A DNA stretch of 64,000 nt from Hypanus sabinus (GCF_030144855.1 NC_082734.1:3100001-3164000); one strand, 5' to 3'; numbered from the stretch's first letter, positions 11,601-24,652 are shown. Notes: generated by a model from the sequence alone, not told the origin. Numbers and translations: made by a program.

Positions 11601-11689
11601 TCACGATAATCTGCTTATCTATAACTATATATGAAAACCTATCAGTGATTTTTTTCGGAAGGGCCAGAATCTGATGTGAAGATCCAGCG

Positions 11690-12253
11690 ACTCTTCCATC
11701 ACCATGACAACGGTAGAGGCCACGCTTCTCTCTCCAGATCCATTTCCGGCTCTCGGGCTGCTGGACCAATCAGACGAGGAGGTGGCTTGAAGTTACCTTT
11801 ATTTTTTTATATATAACTTAACACACCAGAATATAATTCACAGACCTGTATGCTAAGGCATAACCATTGCAGCGAGATTTTAAATGGCGTGCTTGTGGGA
11901 GAACGTTAAGCGATAAAAGGGCGAGGCGGCAGGTCACTTCCGGTCGTCCTCTCCTGCTTCAGAATTGATGCTAACAAAATTATTTTACTTTGCAATTAAA
12001 GTCAGAAATAATTCAAACAAACGGAGGATGGAAAAGCGTTTGCTGCAGTTGTTGGGGGGCGTAGAGAGGGGGCGGTTACCAGGGATACCGGGCAGTTGCC
12101 GTGGGTGGTGGGGGTCAGGGTTCAGCATCCGGGTGCCTGTCGCCGCTTGTCCGCCCGCTGCTGCTCGCGACATGGCGGCGGGCGGGAGGAGGAGGAGGGA
12201 GCGGCGGGGGGAGCGCAATTGGCACTGAGGGAGCGGCGAGCGTGGACGGAGAG
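11690..12253. promoter_or_regulatory. Bidirectional CpG-containing promoter for CFAP119 (-) and RNF40 (+), including non-coding RNF40 exon 1 that ends at 12253
   Basis: X-box-like GTTGTCATGGTGAT (- strand, 11698-11711), CCAAT at 11766, YY1-like AAATGGCG ~11882, ETS CACTTCCGG ~11935, CpG-rich 12060-12250, donor GAG|gtgagt at 12253/12254. Confidence 0.7.
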
Positions 12254-12719
12254 GTGAGTGAGGGAGCGCTTTTAAATTAGGTAGGGAGGAAATGAGGGAA
12301 CGGAGATGAATGAGAGGGGGAGGGAATGAGGAGACAGTAAGGGTAGGGGAAATGAGGGGACAGGGAGGGTGGAGGAAATGAGAGAGGACATGGGATGGGA
12401 ACATTTAATGAGGGGACAGGGAGGGTAGGGGAATGAGAGAGGCAAGACAGGCTTTGGGACATTTAATTTGCAAGAGGATGAGATATCAGGGGAGAGGTCT
12501 GGCGAAGCCATGGAATGGGGATATTGAATGAGTGGACTGGGAGAAGGTATTGAGGGAGGGAAGGAGGGCGGGCATGGGATGGTGATGTTAAGTGAGGGGA
12601 CGGGGGTATAGAGGAAGGGAGCGCATGGGATGGGACGTTAAATGAGGGTAAGGGGAAAGAGGCCTTGGGATGGGGACATTGGATGAGGGAGGGGTCGAGA
12701 ATTAGAACACTCCGGCATA

Positions 12720-15700
12720 GAAACAGAGCTGCCACGCCAATCTGTCAGTCTGCCTTGACCCATCGACCCACACCTGGACCATAACCCTCCGTACCCCTCT
12801 CTTAAAAGTTGCAATAGTATCTGTATCCACCTGAGTAGAAAAAGTTCCCCTCATTCTCCCTCACTCCAGGGACTGAAGTCCTAACCTTCTCAACTTTCTT
12901 ATCACTCAAGTTCTGAGGTGCTGGCAGCATTCTTGTAAATTTTCTCTGCATTCTTTCAATCATTCTGATATCTTTGCTGAAGGTTGGTGACCAGAACTGT
13001 ACACAATACTCCAAATTTGGCCTCACCAATGTTTTATGGTAATTCAACAAAACATCTCAACTCCTGTACTCATGGTCCTGATCTATGAAGGCCAATAACT
13101 CCCTTTATTATCCTATCTACCAGTGACACCACTTTCATAGAGCGGTAGAACACTGCAGCATGGTAACAGGCCATTTGGCCCACCTAGTCAGTGCTGAACC
13201 ATCAGCCCTCACCCATCCACGTACCTATTCAAACCCTCCTCAAATGTTGAAGTCGACTCTTCATCCACCACGTACGCTGGCGGTTCAGGCCACACTCCCA
13301 CCACCCTCTGAGTGAAGAAGTTTCCCCTTAAACATTTCACCTTTCACCCTTAACCGATGAGCTCCAGCTCTGGTCATCAGAAGACATAGGAGCAGAACTA
13401 GGCCATTCAGCCCAGTGAGTCTGCTATGCCATTTCATCATGGCTGGTCCATTTCTCTCTCGACGCAATTCTCCTGCTCTCCTCTGTAACCTTTTGTGTCC
13501 TGACTAAATCAAGAACTTATCCATCTCCACCTAAAATATATCCAATGACTTGGCCTCCACATCTGCCTGAAGCAATGAAATCCATTATGTCACTACCCTC
13601 TGGCTAAAGAAATTCCTCCTCATTTCCATTCTAACTGGATGTCTCTATTCAAAGGCTGTGTCCTCTGGTCTTAGACTCTTCCACCATAGGAAACATCTCC
13701 TCCACATCTACTCTATCCAAGCCTTTCAATGTTTAATAGGTTTCATGAGATCTATCCCCTCATTCTTTTAAATTCAAGCAAGTAAAGGCCCAGAGCCATC
13801 AATTGCTTTTCATATGATAAACCTTGCTTTTCAGAATCATTCTCATGAACTTCCTCTGGACTCTCCATATCAGCAATGTAGCACATCCCTTCTTAAATGA
13901 GGGGCCTAAAATTGCTCACAGTACTCCCAAGTGAGGTCTCACCAATGCTTTATAAAGCCTCAGCATTACATTCTTGCTTTTATATTCTAATTCTCTGGAG
14001 ATGAATGCTAACATTGCATGGCCTTTCTCACCAGTGACTCAACCTGCAAATTATCCTTTAGGGAATCCTGCACAAGGACTCCCAAGTCCCTTTGCATCTA
14101 AGATTTTTGAATTTTCTGCCCATTTAGAAAACAGTTTAAGTTCTATTTCTTCTACCAAAGTACATGACCGTACACATCCTGAAACTGTATTCCATCTGCC
14201 ACTTCTTTGCCCATTCTCCTAATCTCTCTAAACCCTGCAGTATCCCTGCTTCCTCAAAACTACCTGCTCCTTCACCTATCTTCATATCATCCGCAAACTT
14301 TAGTAGAGAGCCATCAATTCCATCGTCCAAATTATTGGCATAATAACATAAAAAGAAGCTGTCCCAAAACTGACCCCTACAGAATGACACTTCTCACAGG
14401 CAGCCAATCAGAAAAGGCTCCTTTATTCCCACTGTTTTCCTCCTGCCAATCAGCCAATGCTCTGTAGATGCTAGTATCTTTCTTGCAATATCATGGACTC
14501 TTGTAAAGCATGTGTGACACCTTGCTTCACCCAGCATAGGTGGAAAAAGCCTGCTTTCATTTACTCTATAGTTGTAAATTTTCTCTGTACTCTTTCAATC
14601 TTATTGATGTTTTTCCTGTAGGTAGGTGACCAAAACTGCTTACTTCAGAGTAGGCCACACCAATACCTTATACAAGTTCAACATTGCCATCTCCTGTACT
14701 CAGTACATTGATTTAGAAGGCTAATATGCCAAAAAGTTTGCTTTATGAACTCTTCTACCTGTGCTCCACTTTCAAGGAATTACAGATCCATATTCCCAGA
14801 TCCCTTTGTTCTACCGCTCTTCTCAGTTCCCGGCTGCTTACTGTGTAAGACATACCCTGGCAGGTCCCCCCAAAATGCAACACCTCGCACTTGCCTGCAT
14901 TAAATTCCATCGTCCATTTTTCAGCCCATTTCACCACCTGGTCCAGATCCTGCTGCAAACTTTGATAGTCTTCCTCATGACAAACAACGATGGACCCAGC
15001 ACAAATCCTTGCGGCACTCCACTAGTCACAGGTTTCCAGTCAGAGAGGCGACCATCTACAACCACCCTCTGACCTCTTCCGGGAAGCCAATGTTTAACTC
15101 ATTTTACAATCTCATCTTGAATGCTAAGCAATTGCCTTTTTGACCAACCTCCCATGTCAAAGGCCTTCCCTTCATCAATTTTCCTGGTAACTTTCTTGAA
15201 AGACCCCATAAGATTTGTTGGACAGGATTATACACAAAGCCAGGTTGACTATCCCTAATTAGTCCATGTCTATCCAAATACTTATAGATCCGGTCCCTTA
15301 GAATACTTTCCAATAACTTTCCTACTACTGATGTCAGGCTCATTCTTAGAGCCTTTCTTAAATACTTAAATCAGCTATCCTCTAATTCATCGGCAGCTAA
15401 AAATGTTTTAAGTATCACTGCTAAGGCCCCTGCAATTTCTGCACTAGCCTTCCCCAGGGTCAAGGGAACCCATTGTCATGCTCTGGGGATATATCCACCC
15501 TGGTTTACCTCAAGACAGTAAACATCTCTGTGAACAATGGGATCCATGTTCTTGCTGCTGCATTGCCATACATCTGTAGACATGTCCAGCTCCCGAGTGA
15601 GTAAACACAGATGCAAAAAAATCCTTCTGTGATCTCTTTTGGTTCCACGCATAGATTACCACTTCGATCTTCCAGAGGACCAATTTTGTCCTCTTGCTCT

Positions 15701-17020
15701 TAATATTTCTGTGGAAACCCTTAGGATTCTCCTTCACCATATCTGCTAGAGCAGCCTCTAGCAAGTTGTCTTGGTTCTCCTGATTTCCTTTTCTCTTCCA
15801 TTTCTTACACTCCTCAAGTACCTCATTTATTCCAACATGCTTATACCTGCAATGCACCTCCTCCTTTTTCTTAACTAGGGGCTCAATGTCTGTCGAAAAC
15901 CACGGTTCCCTCAACCTGTCAGTCTTGTCCTTTTCCTGACAGGAATGTACAAACTCTGTTCTCTCAAGAACAGAGTTCTCCCACTTACCAAGTACACCTT
16001 TGCCAGAAAACAACCTGCCCCAATCCACACTTGCCAGATCCTTTCTGATACCATCAAAATTGTCCTTTCTCCAGTTTATAATCTTAACCCGAGGACTAGC
16101 CTATCCTTTTCCATAACTGCCTTGATCTAATGGCATTATGATCACCAGATACAAAGTGCTCCCCTGCACAGACTTTTATCACCTGCCCTGTCTCATTCTG
16201 TAATAGATCGACTATGGCACTCTCACTGGTTGTGATTTCTAGGTAACCGATTTAAGAAATTTTCCTGAACACATTTAAAATCATGTACTATCACAGCCCT
16301 ATGTTTCTGACAACAGTGTGCAATCTCCTGACAAGTTTGCTCCACTAAACCCCGCTGACTGTTGGGTGGTCTCTGATATAAGCCCAATAACCTGGTCATA
16401 CATTTCTTATTCGTCATTTCTCACTAGGCAAGTTCTCCAGCCTGTCCTGTCTGAGTACTGCTGTAACATTTTCCCTGACTAGTAACCCCTCCCCTCCTGC
16501 TTTATCATGGCTAAAACAACAGAACCCTGGAACAATGAACAGCTTGTCCTGCCCCTCATGTAACCAAAGCGACAATGTCATAATTTCATGTGCTGATCCA
16601 TGCCTAAAGCCTTTCCTACAATGCTCTGCATTGAAATATACACAGCTATGAATGTAGTCCCACCATGCTCAACCTTTCAATTCCTGACTTTGAATGTAGG
16701 CTTAACATCTTTATCCACAACCACTCCACTCTGGATCCCACCTCCCTGCAACTCTAGTTTATGGATCTGTTTTCTCAGGTCCCTTTCTCAGTCCCCTCAT
16801 TCCGTATTCCCCTTGTCCCCTCATTCAACCAGCATCCATACATTAATTTACTCCAGGCTTATTTAAACCCTTTGTAAGTCCTACGCTGGTTTGTCCTCCC
16901 AAAGTGAAGCACGTCACACTTGTCTCCATTAAATTCCAGCTGCTCCAGATCCTGCTGAAAGCTTTGAAGGTCGTCTTCACTGTTCACTATGCCCCCAATC
17001 TTGATGTCATTCACAAATGT
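12720..17020 (-). mobile_element. Cluster of nested, degenerate CR1-type LINE fragments in RNF40 intron 1
   Basis: Broken minus ORFs with LVRPNLEYCVQFWSP, KFADDMKI, SLTSVVGKLLESI and YQRPPNS motifs. Confidence 0.85.
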
Positions 17021-17778
17021 GCTGGAGGGATTGAGGAAGAGAGGAGACAAGGAGGGAATGGAGAAGGGGAAGTGAGGGGACAGGGAGGAAAACAGTGATG
17101 AGCAATGAGGGGGAGGAACAAGCTTGAGAGAATGAGGGGAGAGGGAGTGAGGGAACAGCAGGCATGAATTGAACAATGAGCGATGGAGGAGGATAGAATG
17201 AGGGCAGGGAGGTGGGCTGAAAGGGAGAAAATGGCAAAAGGAGGGGTGAGAGGAAGGTTTGAGGGATGCTGGATGTAGTAGAGGTTTGGGGCAAATGAGA
17301 AGAAAGAGGCAATGGATGAAGGGGAATGAAGGAATGGAGACAGATACAGGATTTGCTGAGTACATTTGGATGGGTGGGTGGGGAAAGGAGGAAGCTGGAG
17401 TAGAAAACATGTCAACACCATTGATATATTCTTTCCCTGCCCCCTTTCCCTCTAATCCACTCCATTTCCCCCTCCCTATAACTCCTTCCTTCTACACCCC
17501 TACTCCTCTACCCACTACCCCTCAAACCCCTTTTCTCTCACATTCCCTCATTCCCTTTCTCACCCTATCCCGTTCGTGCATACTCCTTCCTCCCCTCCCA
17601 CCATTCTCACATCACTTTACCCCCCCAACTCCCTCTCCTCCCCTGTCTGTCCCCTTTTCTACTGTTTCTCCCCCATACATCCCTCTTTTGCCTTCCCCCT
17701 TTGTCTCCACCATCTCCCTCACTCCATCTTCTGACACAGGGTTAGACTCTGCTGTTCTCCTCCCACCCACCCAGAGTG

Positions 17779-17910
17779 ATGTCCGCCACGGGGAGTAAAC
17801 GAGCCGCGTCCGATGCGGGTTCCGGACCCCCGGAGAAGAAGACAAACACGGAGGAGAAACCCACCACCACCCTGATCGAGCCCATCCGCCTCGGAGGGAT
17901 CTCCTCCACT
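17779..17910 (+). CDS. RNF40: RNF40 (BRE1B, H2B E3 ubiquitin ligase) coding exon 1
   Basis: [44 protein letters not shown]|gtacgt; [13 protein letters not shown] is RNF40-type rather than RNF20-type. Confidence 0.93.
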
Positions 17911-18039
17911 GTACGTGAGCTAGTGTGTGGGACTCTGCAAGTTGCTCAGTAACGTGGCGCGGGGTGAAGAGTTTCAGACAGATGGTGTGGGGGGGCATTA
18001 TTGTCAGTGGGGATACAGATGGTGACTTGAGGCATTGGA

Positions 18040-19825
18040 GGACAGGGATCACTGAGGGATGGTGTAAGGGAGCTGGATTAATATCAGTTGGGATACAGTC
18101 AGTGACGCGGTGCTGGGGGTGAGGAGACACTGAGGGATGGTGTGAGGGTGCTGGATTAATATCAGTTGGGATACAGTCAGTGACACTGCGCATTTGGGGA
18201 GAGGGGTCACTGACAGATGGTGTGAGGGAGCTGGATTATCGTCAGTGGGGATACAGTCAGTGACGGGGTGCTGGGGGTGAGGAGACACTGGGGGACGGTG
18301 TGAGGGAGCTGGATTATCGTCAGTGGGGATACAGTCAGTGACGGGGTGCTGGGGGTGAGGAGACACTGGGGGACGGTGTGAGGGAGCTGGATTAACATCA
18401 ATGGGGATACAATCAGTGACAGTGTTGGGGGTGAGGAGACACTGGGGGACGGTGTGAGGGAGCTGGATTAACATCAGTGGGGATACAATCAGTGACAGTG
18501 TTGGGGGTGAGGAGACACTGGGGGACGGTGTGAGGGAGCTGGATTATCGTCAGTGGGGATACAGTCAGTGACGGGGTGCTGGGGGTGAGGAGACACTGGG
18601 GGACGGTGTGAGGGAGCTGGATTAACATCAGTGGGGATACAATCAGTGACAGTGCTGGGGGTGAGGAGACACTGGGGGACGGTGTGAGGGAGCTGGATTA
18701 TCGTCAGTGGGGATACAGTCAGTGACGGGGTGCTGGGGGTGAGGAGACACTGGGGGACGGTGTGAGGGAGCTGGATTATCGTCAGTGGGGATACAGTCAG
18801 TGACGGGGTGCTGGGGGTGAGGAGACACTGGGGGACGGTGTGAGGGAGCTGGATTATCGTCAGTGGGGATACAGTCAGTGACGGGGTGCTGGGGGTGAGG
18901 AGACACTGGGGGACGGTGTGAGGGAGCTGGATTAACATCAGTGGGGATACAATCAGTGACAGTGTTGGGGGTGAGGAGACACTGGGGGACGGTGTGAGGG
19001 AGCTGGATTAACATCAGTGGGGATACAGTCAGTGACGGGGTGCTGGGGGTGAGGAGACACTGGGGGACGGTGTGAGGGAGCTGGATTAACATCAGTGGGG
19101 ATACAATCAGTGACAGTGCTGGGGGTGAGGAGACACTGGGGGACGGTGTGAGGGAGCTGGATTATCGTCAGTGGGGATACAGTCAGTGACGGGGTGCTGG
19201 GGGTGAGGAGACACTGGGGGACGGTGTGAGGGAGCTGGATTATCGTCAGTGGGGATACAGTCAGTGACGGGGTGCTGGGGGTGAGGAGACACTGGGGGAC
19301 GGTGTGAGGGAGCTGGATTATCGTCAGTGGGGATACAGTCAGTGACGGGGTGCTGGGGGTGAGGAGACACTGGGGGACGGTGTGAGGGAGCTGGATTAAC
19401 ATCAGTGGGGATACAATCAGTGACAGTGTTGGGGGTGAGGAGACACTGGGGGACGGTGTGAGGGAGCTGGATTAACATCAGTGGGGATACAGTCAGTGAC
19501 GGGGTGCTGGGGGTGAGGAGACACTGGGGGACGGTGTGAGGGAGCTGGATTAACATCAGTGGGGATACAATCAGTGACAGTGTTGGGGGTGAGGAGACAC
19601 TGGGGGACGGTGTGAGGGAGCTGGATTAACATCAGTGGGGATACAGTCAGTGACGGGGTGCTGGGGGTGAGGAGACACTGAGGGATGGTGTGAGGGAGCT
19701 GGATTAACATCAGTGGGGATACAGTCAGTGACAGTGTTGGGGGTGAGGAGACACTGGGGGACGGTGTGAGGGAGCTGGATTATCGTCAGTGGGGATACAG
19801 TCAGTGACAGTGTTGGGGGTAGTAG
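18040..19825 (+). repeat. 76/78-nt minisatellite, about 23 units, in an RNF40 intron
   Basis: Unit GGATTATCGTCAGTGGGGATACAGTCAGTGACGGGGTGCTGGGGGTGAGGAGACACTGGGGGACGGTGTGAGGGAGCT plus a 76-nt variant. Confidence 0.96.
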
Positions 19826-20302
19826 GGATACAGTTAGTCTTTGAATCAGCACATCCTCCTTTGGTTTTGTGATCTAAGATTGTGCACGATATTCCAAATG
19901 TGGTCTGTCCAGCATTGTATAAAGTTTTTTATTTTATATTCCGGTTATATTGAAATTAATGTTAAAACTTTAATTTTTCTCATATTGCATCTGTAAGTCC
20001 TTCATGGATCACCTTGTCCCTTACATTCTGCTGGCCCATGTTAACTCCCAACCATTTCCAATAAGTCTCCTGTAGGATATATTACCCAGTGCCTTCCACT
20101 GGACCAGACATTCCACATGCACTGGCTCAAGCCTCTCGAGGATCACCATATCCTGTGCCTTCTTCTGGATCTTGTACTCTGCTTGCATCGTGCTGGCTCC
20201 AGTCCAGATATGGGCATTTCCATATTCCTAGGTGGGTGGGGGCAACAGGAGAGCATCTACCGTCTCTGAGGAGGTACCTGCCTTTTGGCTTCCCCACTGC
20301 AG

Positions 20303-20470
20303 GAGGAGATGGACCTGAAGGTCCTCCAGTTCAAGAACAAGAAGCTGGCGGAGCGCCTGGAGCAGCGGCAGGCGATTGAAGACGAACTGAGGGAACGGAT
20401 CGAGAAGCTGGAGAAACGACAGGCCACTGATGATGCCACGCTGCTCATCGTCAACCGATACTGGAGCCAG
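20303..20470 (+). CDS. RNF40: RNF40 coding exon 2
   Basis: [23 protein letters not shown]...[10 protein letters not shown]; ag/gt boundaries. Confidence 0.95.
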
Positions 20471-20919
20471 GTGGGTGGGGGGGGGGCGCGGGAGAGAGGT
20501 TCAAAGAGGGTTGAATGTACAGGAGGAGAGGGAGGGAGAACTGAGGGGAGAAGGGTGAGGGGGAGGGTCAGAGGTGAGAAGGTCAGGAGGGAAGCCTTGG
20601 TCCTTATGGTTGACCAACTGACCTGCTCTCTCTATCCCTCTTGTGCTCTCCTCTCCCTCCACTCTCTCCCTTCCCTGCCCCCTCTTCCCCTCTCCCTCCC
20701 CCTAACCCCCCTCCCCTTCCTCTCTCCCCACTCTCCCTCCCCTGTTCCCCCACTCCCTCTCTCCCCTCTCCCTCCCGCTCTCTCCTCTCTCCCTCCTCTC
20801 TTCACCTCTCCCTCCCCCTAACCCCCCCTTCCCCTCTCCCCTCTTCACCCTCTCACTTCCCCCTCCCCTTTCCACTGTACCTCCCCCTACTTTACTCCGT
20901 CTCTCTCCCTCCTCCCCAG

Positions 20920-21055
20920 CTGGATGAGAACGTGCAGGTGCTACTGCACAGGTATGACCCGGAGCCGGACGAGGTGCCAGCACCCAGAGAAGACCCAGAG
21001 ACCACCGAGCCCACCCACAGCACCGAGGGACAAGAGAGCACAGAGCAGGAGACAG
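20920..21055 (+). CDS. RNF40: RNF40 coding exon 3
   Basis: LDENVQVLLHRYD...EQET G|gtgggg. Confidence 0.85.
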
Positions 21056-21602
21056 GTGGGGTACCTCGGGACAATGGGAGGGAGTGGGGGGCAATGAGAA
21101 GAGGGATTGGAGAGGGGAATGGTAGTGATGGGGATATGGGGGGGCAACAATAAGGAGGAAGAGGGAAGATGGTGTTAAGGGAGTGTATGTCGCGGGAAGG
21201 GAGTAAGAGTGAGGGACTGCAGAGATGGGGTGGTCGGGTGAGAGACTGAAAGGGGAAGGAGAGGGATGGCTAGCAAGGAGGGTGTGAGGGATGGGAGCAG
21301 AAGAGAGTGGAGTGAAAGAATGGGATATGATGGACAACATTTTACTTTTTTGTGCTCTCTATCTCTCCCCCTCACTGTTGCTGTTTTCATGTGTTTTCTG
21401 TATCTTTCTCTCCCACTCCACTCTGCACCCTCACTCTCTTTACCTCCATCCTCACCTCTCTGTCCCCCACTCTACCCTTCCCCCACCCCTCCCCCTGCCT
21501 GCTCCCTCTCCCCTTGCCCCTCCTCCTCTATCCCCTCCCTCTTCTTCACTCCATCCCCCTCACCTCAACCCCTCTTCCCTCACCACCCAGTCACTCTGCC
21601 AG

Positions 21603-21815
21603 ACCCGAGCCCTCCTCCTGCAACAGTGAAGGAGCCACTAGAGGAGCCGGCACTCTCGTTCCTGGCCACACTAGCGAGCAGCAGTAGCGAGGAGATCGAA
21701 CTGCAGCTCCAGGAGCGCATGGATTTCTCCAAGAAGGCCGTGTCGCGCATCGTGGAGGTCTTTGACCGACTGCACCGCCGCGTTGAGGGGCTGTGTCAGA
21801 GGCTCAGCAGCCAAG
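21603..21815 (+). CDS. RNF40: RNF40 coding exon 4
   Basis: ...[39 protein letters not shown]...LSSQ G|gtgagt. Confidence 0.9.
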
Positions 21816-22690
21816 GTGAGTCCTTGCCTCCAGCTATGTTAAAGATAGATCACTGCCCCATCACCAAGAAACTGCAGTTTACATACCCCACTTTCCTGCT
21901 TCTTGTCCACCCCCAGGAACATACAATTCTCACACCCCTCCATTACCCCTCAAGGATTCTTCCTCCTCATTCCCCTACCACTGAGATGTTCCTCTTATTG
22001 TCCCCCCACCTCTCCAGAACCCTCCTTCCACATAACCCTGTTCCCCGCTATACCCTCACGTGCCCGACCCCATCCTTCATTCTGAAAAGCCCCACTAGCT
22101 CATCCCATTGCTCATTCTCCCCTCCTAGTTACCCCTGTCCCACCCCGCCCATTCACTCTGTCTTGTGGAACTCCCTTTCCACTTCTGACTGATAGACCTT
22201 CACTGGAGAGGAGTGGCCCTCCCACCCCCATTTTCTGGTTCTGCCAAGCCGGGGTTGTCAATTCAGGGCCAAGCCATCTCTGTGTCTGCTGAACCTGTCC
22301 CACTTCTCACCCCTCATCCCCAAAGTCGCTCCCAGCATTTGCTCTTATTGTGGTCACTGGAGTAACAGTGGGTCTCCTTTCTCTCCCTGCTTCGTCCTCT
22401 CATCCCCCTCTCTGTCACCCACCTCCTTTGCCTTGTCCTACCTTCTCCTGCCCTTCCCCATTCCACTCTATCATGTCCTCCTTCTCTGCTTCCTGCTTCA
22501 TCCTTCTCCCTCCACCTCTCTTATCTCTACCTCCCCCTCACCCTTCCCAACTTTCTCTCAACCGCTCCCTCCTTGTCCCCTCCTCATTCCCCCACCCCCA
22601 TTTACCCCACCTGCCCCTCCCTCCTACCTTTTCCCTCCCTCCTACCCCTTCCTCTTCCCCCCCCCCCATCTTTCTTCCTGACCCCCGTAG

Positions 22691-22809
22691 GAGCAGCAGA
22701 ATTGGAGGACAGTGCTCGATGCCTGAACCAAGAGGTAATGGGGGAGAACCGGCGTCTACACGACCTTGCAACCCAGCTGCAGGGCAAGCATCACAAGATG
22801 TCCATGGAG
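22691..22809 (+). CDS. RNF40: RNF40 coding exon 5
   Basis: AAELEDSARCLNQEVMGENRRLHDLATQLQGKHHKMSME|gtaata. Confidence 0.92.
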
Positions 22810-23511
22810 GTAATAGACTAGGCAGGGCACGTTTCCCTGCACTCCTCCCATTCATACCCTTACACGCTTTCTCCCTCCCACGAACTCTGTCCACATCCCC
22901 AACCACTGCTATCCCCTCCCCTGCACTCCCTTCCAGCCACCCATCAACACCTCCAACCAGCAACTCCTCCTCATTCCCCTACAAATCCACCTCACTCCAC
23001 CTCCCACCACTATCCTTGAAACTCCCACACATCTGTCTTTCTTTCCCCAACTTCACCACACCTCCCTCCTCTAATCACTCCTTCACATTCACACCACTGA
23101 CTCACCCTCAATCCTTCACCAACAACTTCTTCCACCCACTCTGACTCGACCCCTCCCTCCCGCTGACATAACTTCCCTCCCTTCGTCACACCTCCACATC
23201 CTCACCTATCACTGACTCCCCCCACCCCTTCTAGCTCGTCCCTCACCCTCAACCTAACTGGTAGAGTGGTGTCTTGTAATAAGGTCATTGTCAGTTCTCC
23301 CAGCTGCCTGTCGCTTCAGCAGTCTAGTAGACACTGTGCATCACACGTACAAGAGTTGTGCGAAGTAGTAGCCCCCTCACAATTGCAAGTAGATCCCTCT
23401 AAGTTACCATACAAGTTGTCACATGGTGGGTTGGCCTTTGTTTGTTGAGGGACCGAGTTCAAGAGGTGCAGCTCTATAAAACTCCAGTTAGAACACACTT
23501 GGGATATTGTG

Positions 23512-23689
23512 AGCAAACACAAGGAAATCTGCGGATGCTGGAAATTCAAACAACACACACAAAACGCTGGTGGAACACAGCAGGCCTGGCAGCATCTATA
23601 GGAAGAAGCACTGTCAATGTTTCGGGCCGAGACCCTTCGCCAGGACTTCGTGAGTGCTGCTGTGTTCCGCCAGCATTTTGTGTGTGTTG
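23512..23689. mobile_element. Short fold-back element (possibly Penelope-derived) flanked by a 13-nt direct repeat; partial second copy at about 11133-11230
   Basis: Flanks TTGGGATATTGTG and TTGGGATATCGTG; internal inverted repeat CAACACACACAAAACGCTGGTGGAACACAGCAG / CTGCTGTGTTCCGCCAGCATTTTGTGTGTGTTG. Confidence 0.65.
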
Positions 23690-23724
23690 TTGGGATATCG
23701 TGTTCAGTTTTGGTCACCTCATTA

Positions 23725-24652
23725 CAGGTAGTCCCCGAGTTATGAATGTCCGACTTACGGACAACTCGTACTTAGGAACCGAGGAAGGAGAATGCTGTCC
23801 ACCATTTTAAGTCGTTGCGGTTGACATTGTGTTAAGTGTTTAACTTTGTATTTGGCTTAAATTTTTCTTAGTAAGATTCACCCTGCCCCTGCCCTACTGC
23901 CCCCCCCCCCCCCCCCCCAGTTCCGGTCGGCTGGTGGTGCAGTGAGATCAGCGCTGAGCTGGAGAACGGAAGTTTCCAAGTTAGATCCAGTGACAGACCA
24001 CTCCCGTGCCGGGTTGATATCAATCCAGTGACTCCCATACCATCCGTGCCAGGTTGATGTCGAGCATGCAACTCGACCTCGTAAAAAAAAACACTGCCAC
24101 CTCCAGTTTAAATTCCCACGTGGAATATTGTGGAGGATCAAATACCCAAACCCAGCACACCCCACTTATCCCATTTAGCCTGTCTCAGTGTGGCGGTCCT
24201 TAGAACCCAGCGGACCTCGGAACCCACTGCCCACAGTGTTTCTGCTCCATTGACGGGAAGTGATCACAATTGAAAATAAAGTGGAAATAATAGTGTTTGG
24301 AAAGAGGTAAAATGCCATCGGTCATTGGAAAAGCGTTAGGCTACAGTCGGTCAACGATTGGAACAATTTTAAAGGATAACGGATAAAGTGAGAATAAAGG
24401 AGCATGAGAAAGGCCCTGCCCCAATGAAAGCTACAATTATTACTAAACAATGCAGTGGTTTAATTATTGGAATACATATGTTTCTTAAGTGTTTTATATG
24501 CATAGAAAGGTAAAATATGTACTATATACTAAGACAAGCGTTTGACTAACTGATGCTAAGTAATACCAGATGTACTTGTTCCGACTTACATACAAATCCG
24601 ACTTAAAGACGGACTCAGGAATGGAACTCGTACATAACCCGGGGACTGCCTG
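23725..24652 (+). mobile_element. Non-autonomous Tigger/pogo element
   Basis: TA duplication; TIRs CAGGTAGTCCCCGAGTTATG / CATAACCCGGGGACTGCCTG; transposase HTH remnant (ITIENKVEII...PSVIGKALGYSRSTIGTILKD); splits a CR1 WSPHY|RRDVEAL frame. Confidence 0.88.

Noticed and set aside
18049-19852. Series of 60-149 aa repetitive minus-strand ORFs
   Set aside because: Translations of the 76/78-nt minisatellite, antisense within an intron.
16859-22963. Long Pro/Ser/Leu-rich or Gly/Arg/Glu-rich ORFs
   Set aside because: Produced by stop-poor C/T or G/A low-complexity intron tracts; only the embedded exons are real.
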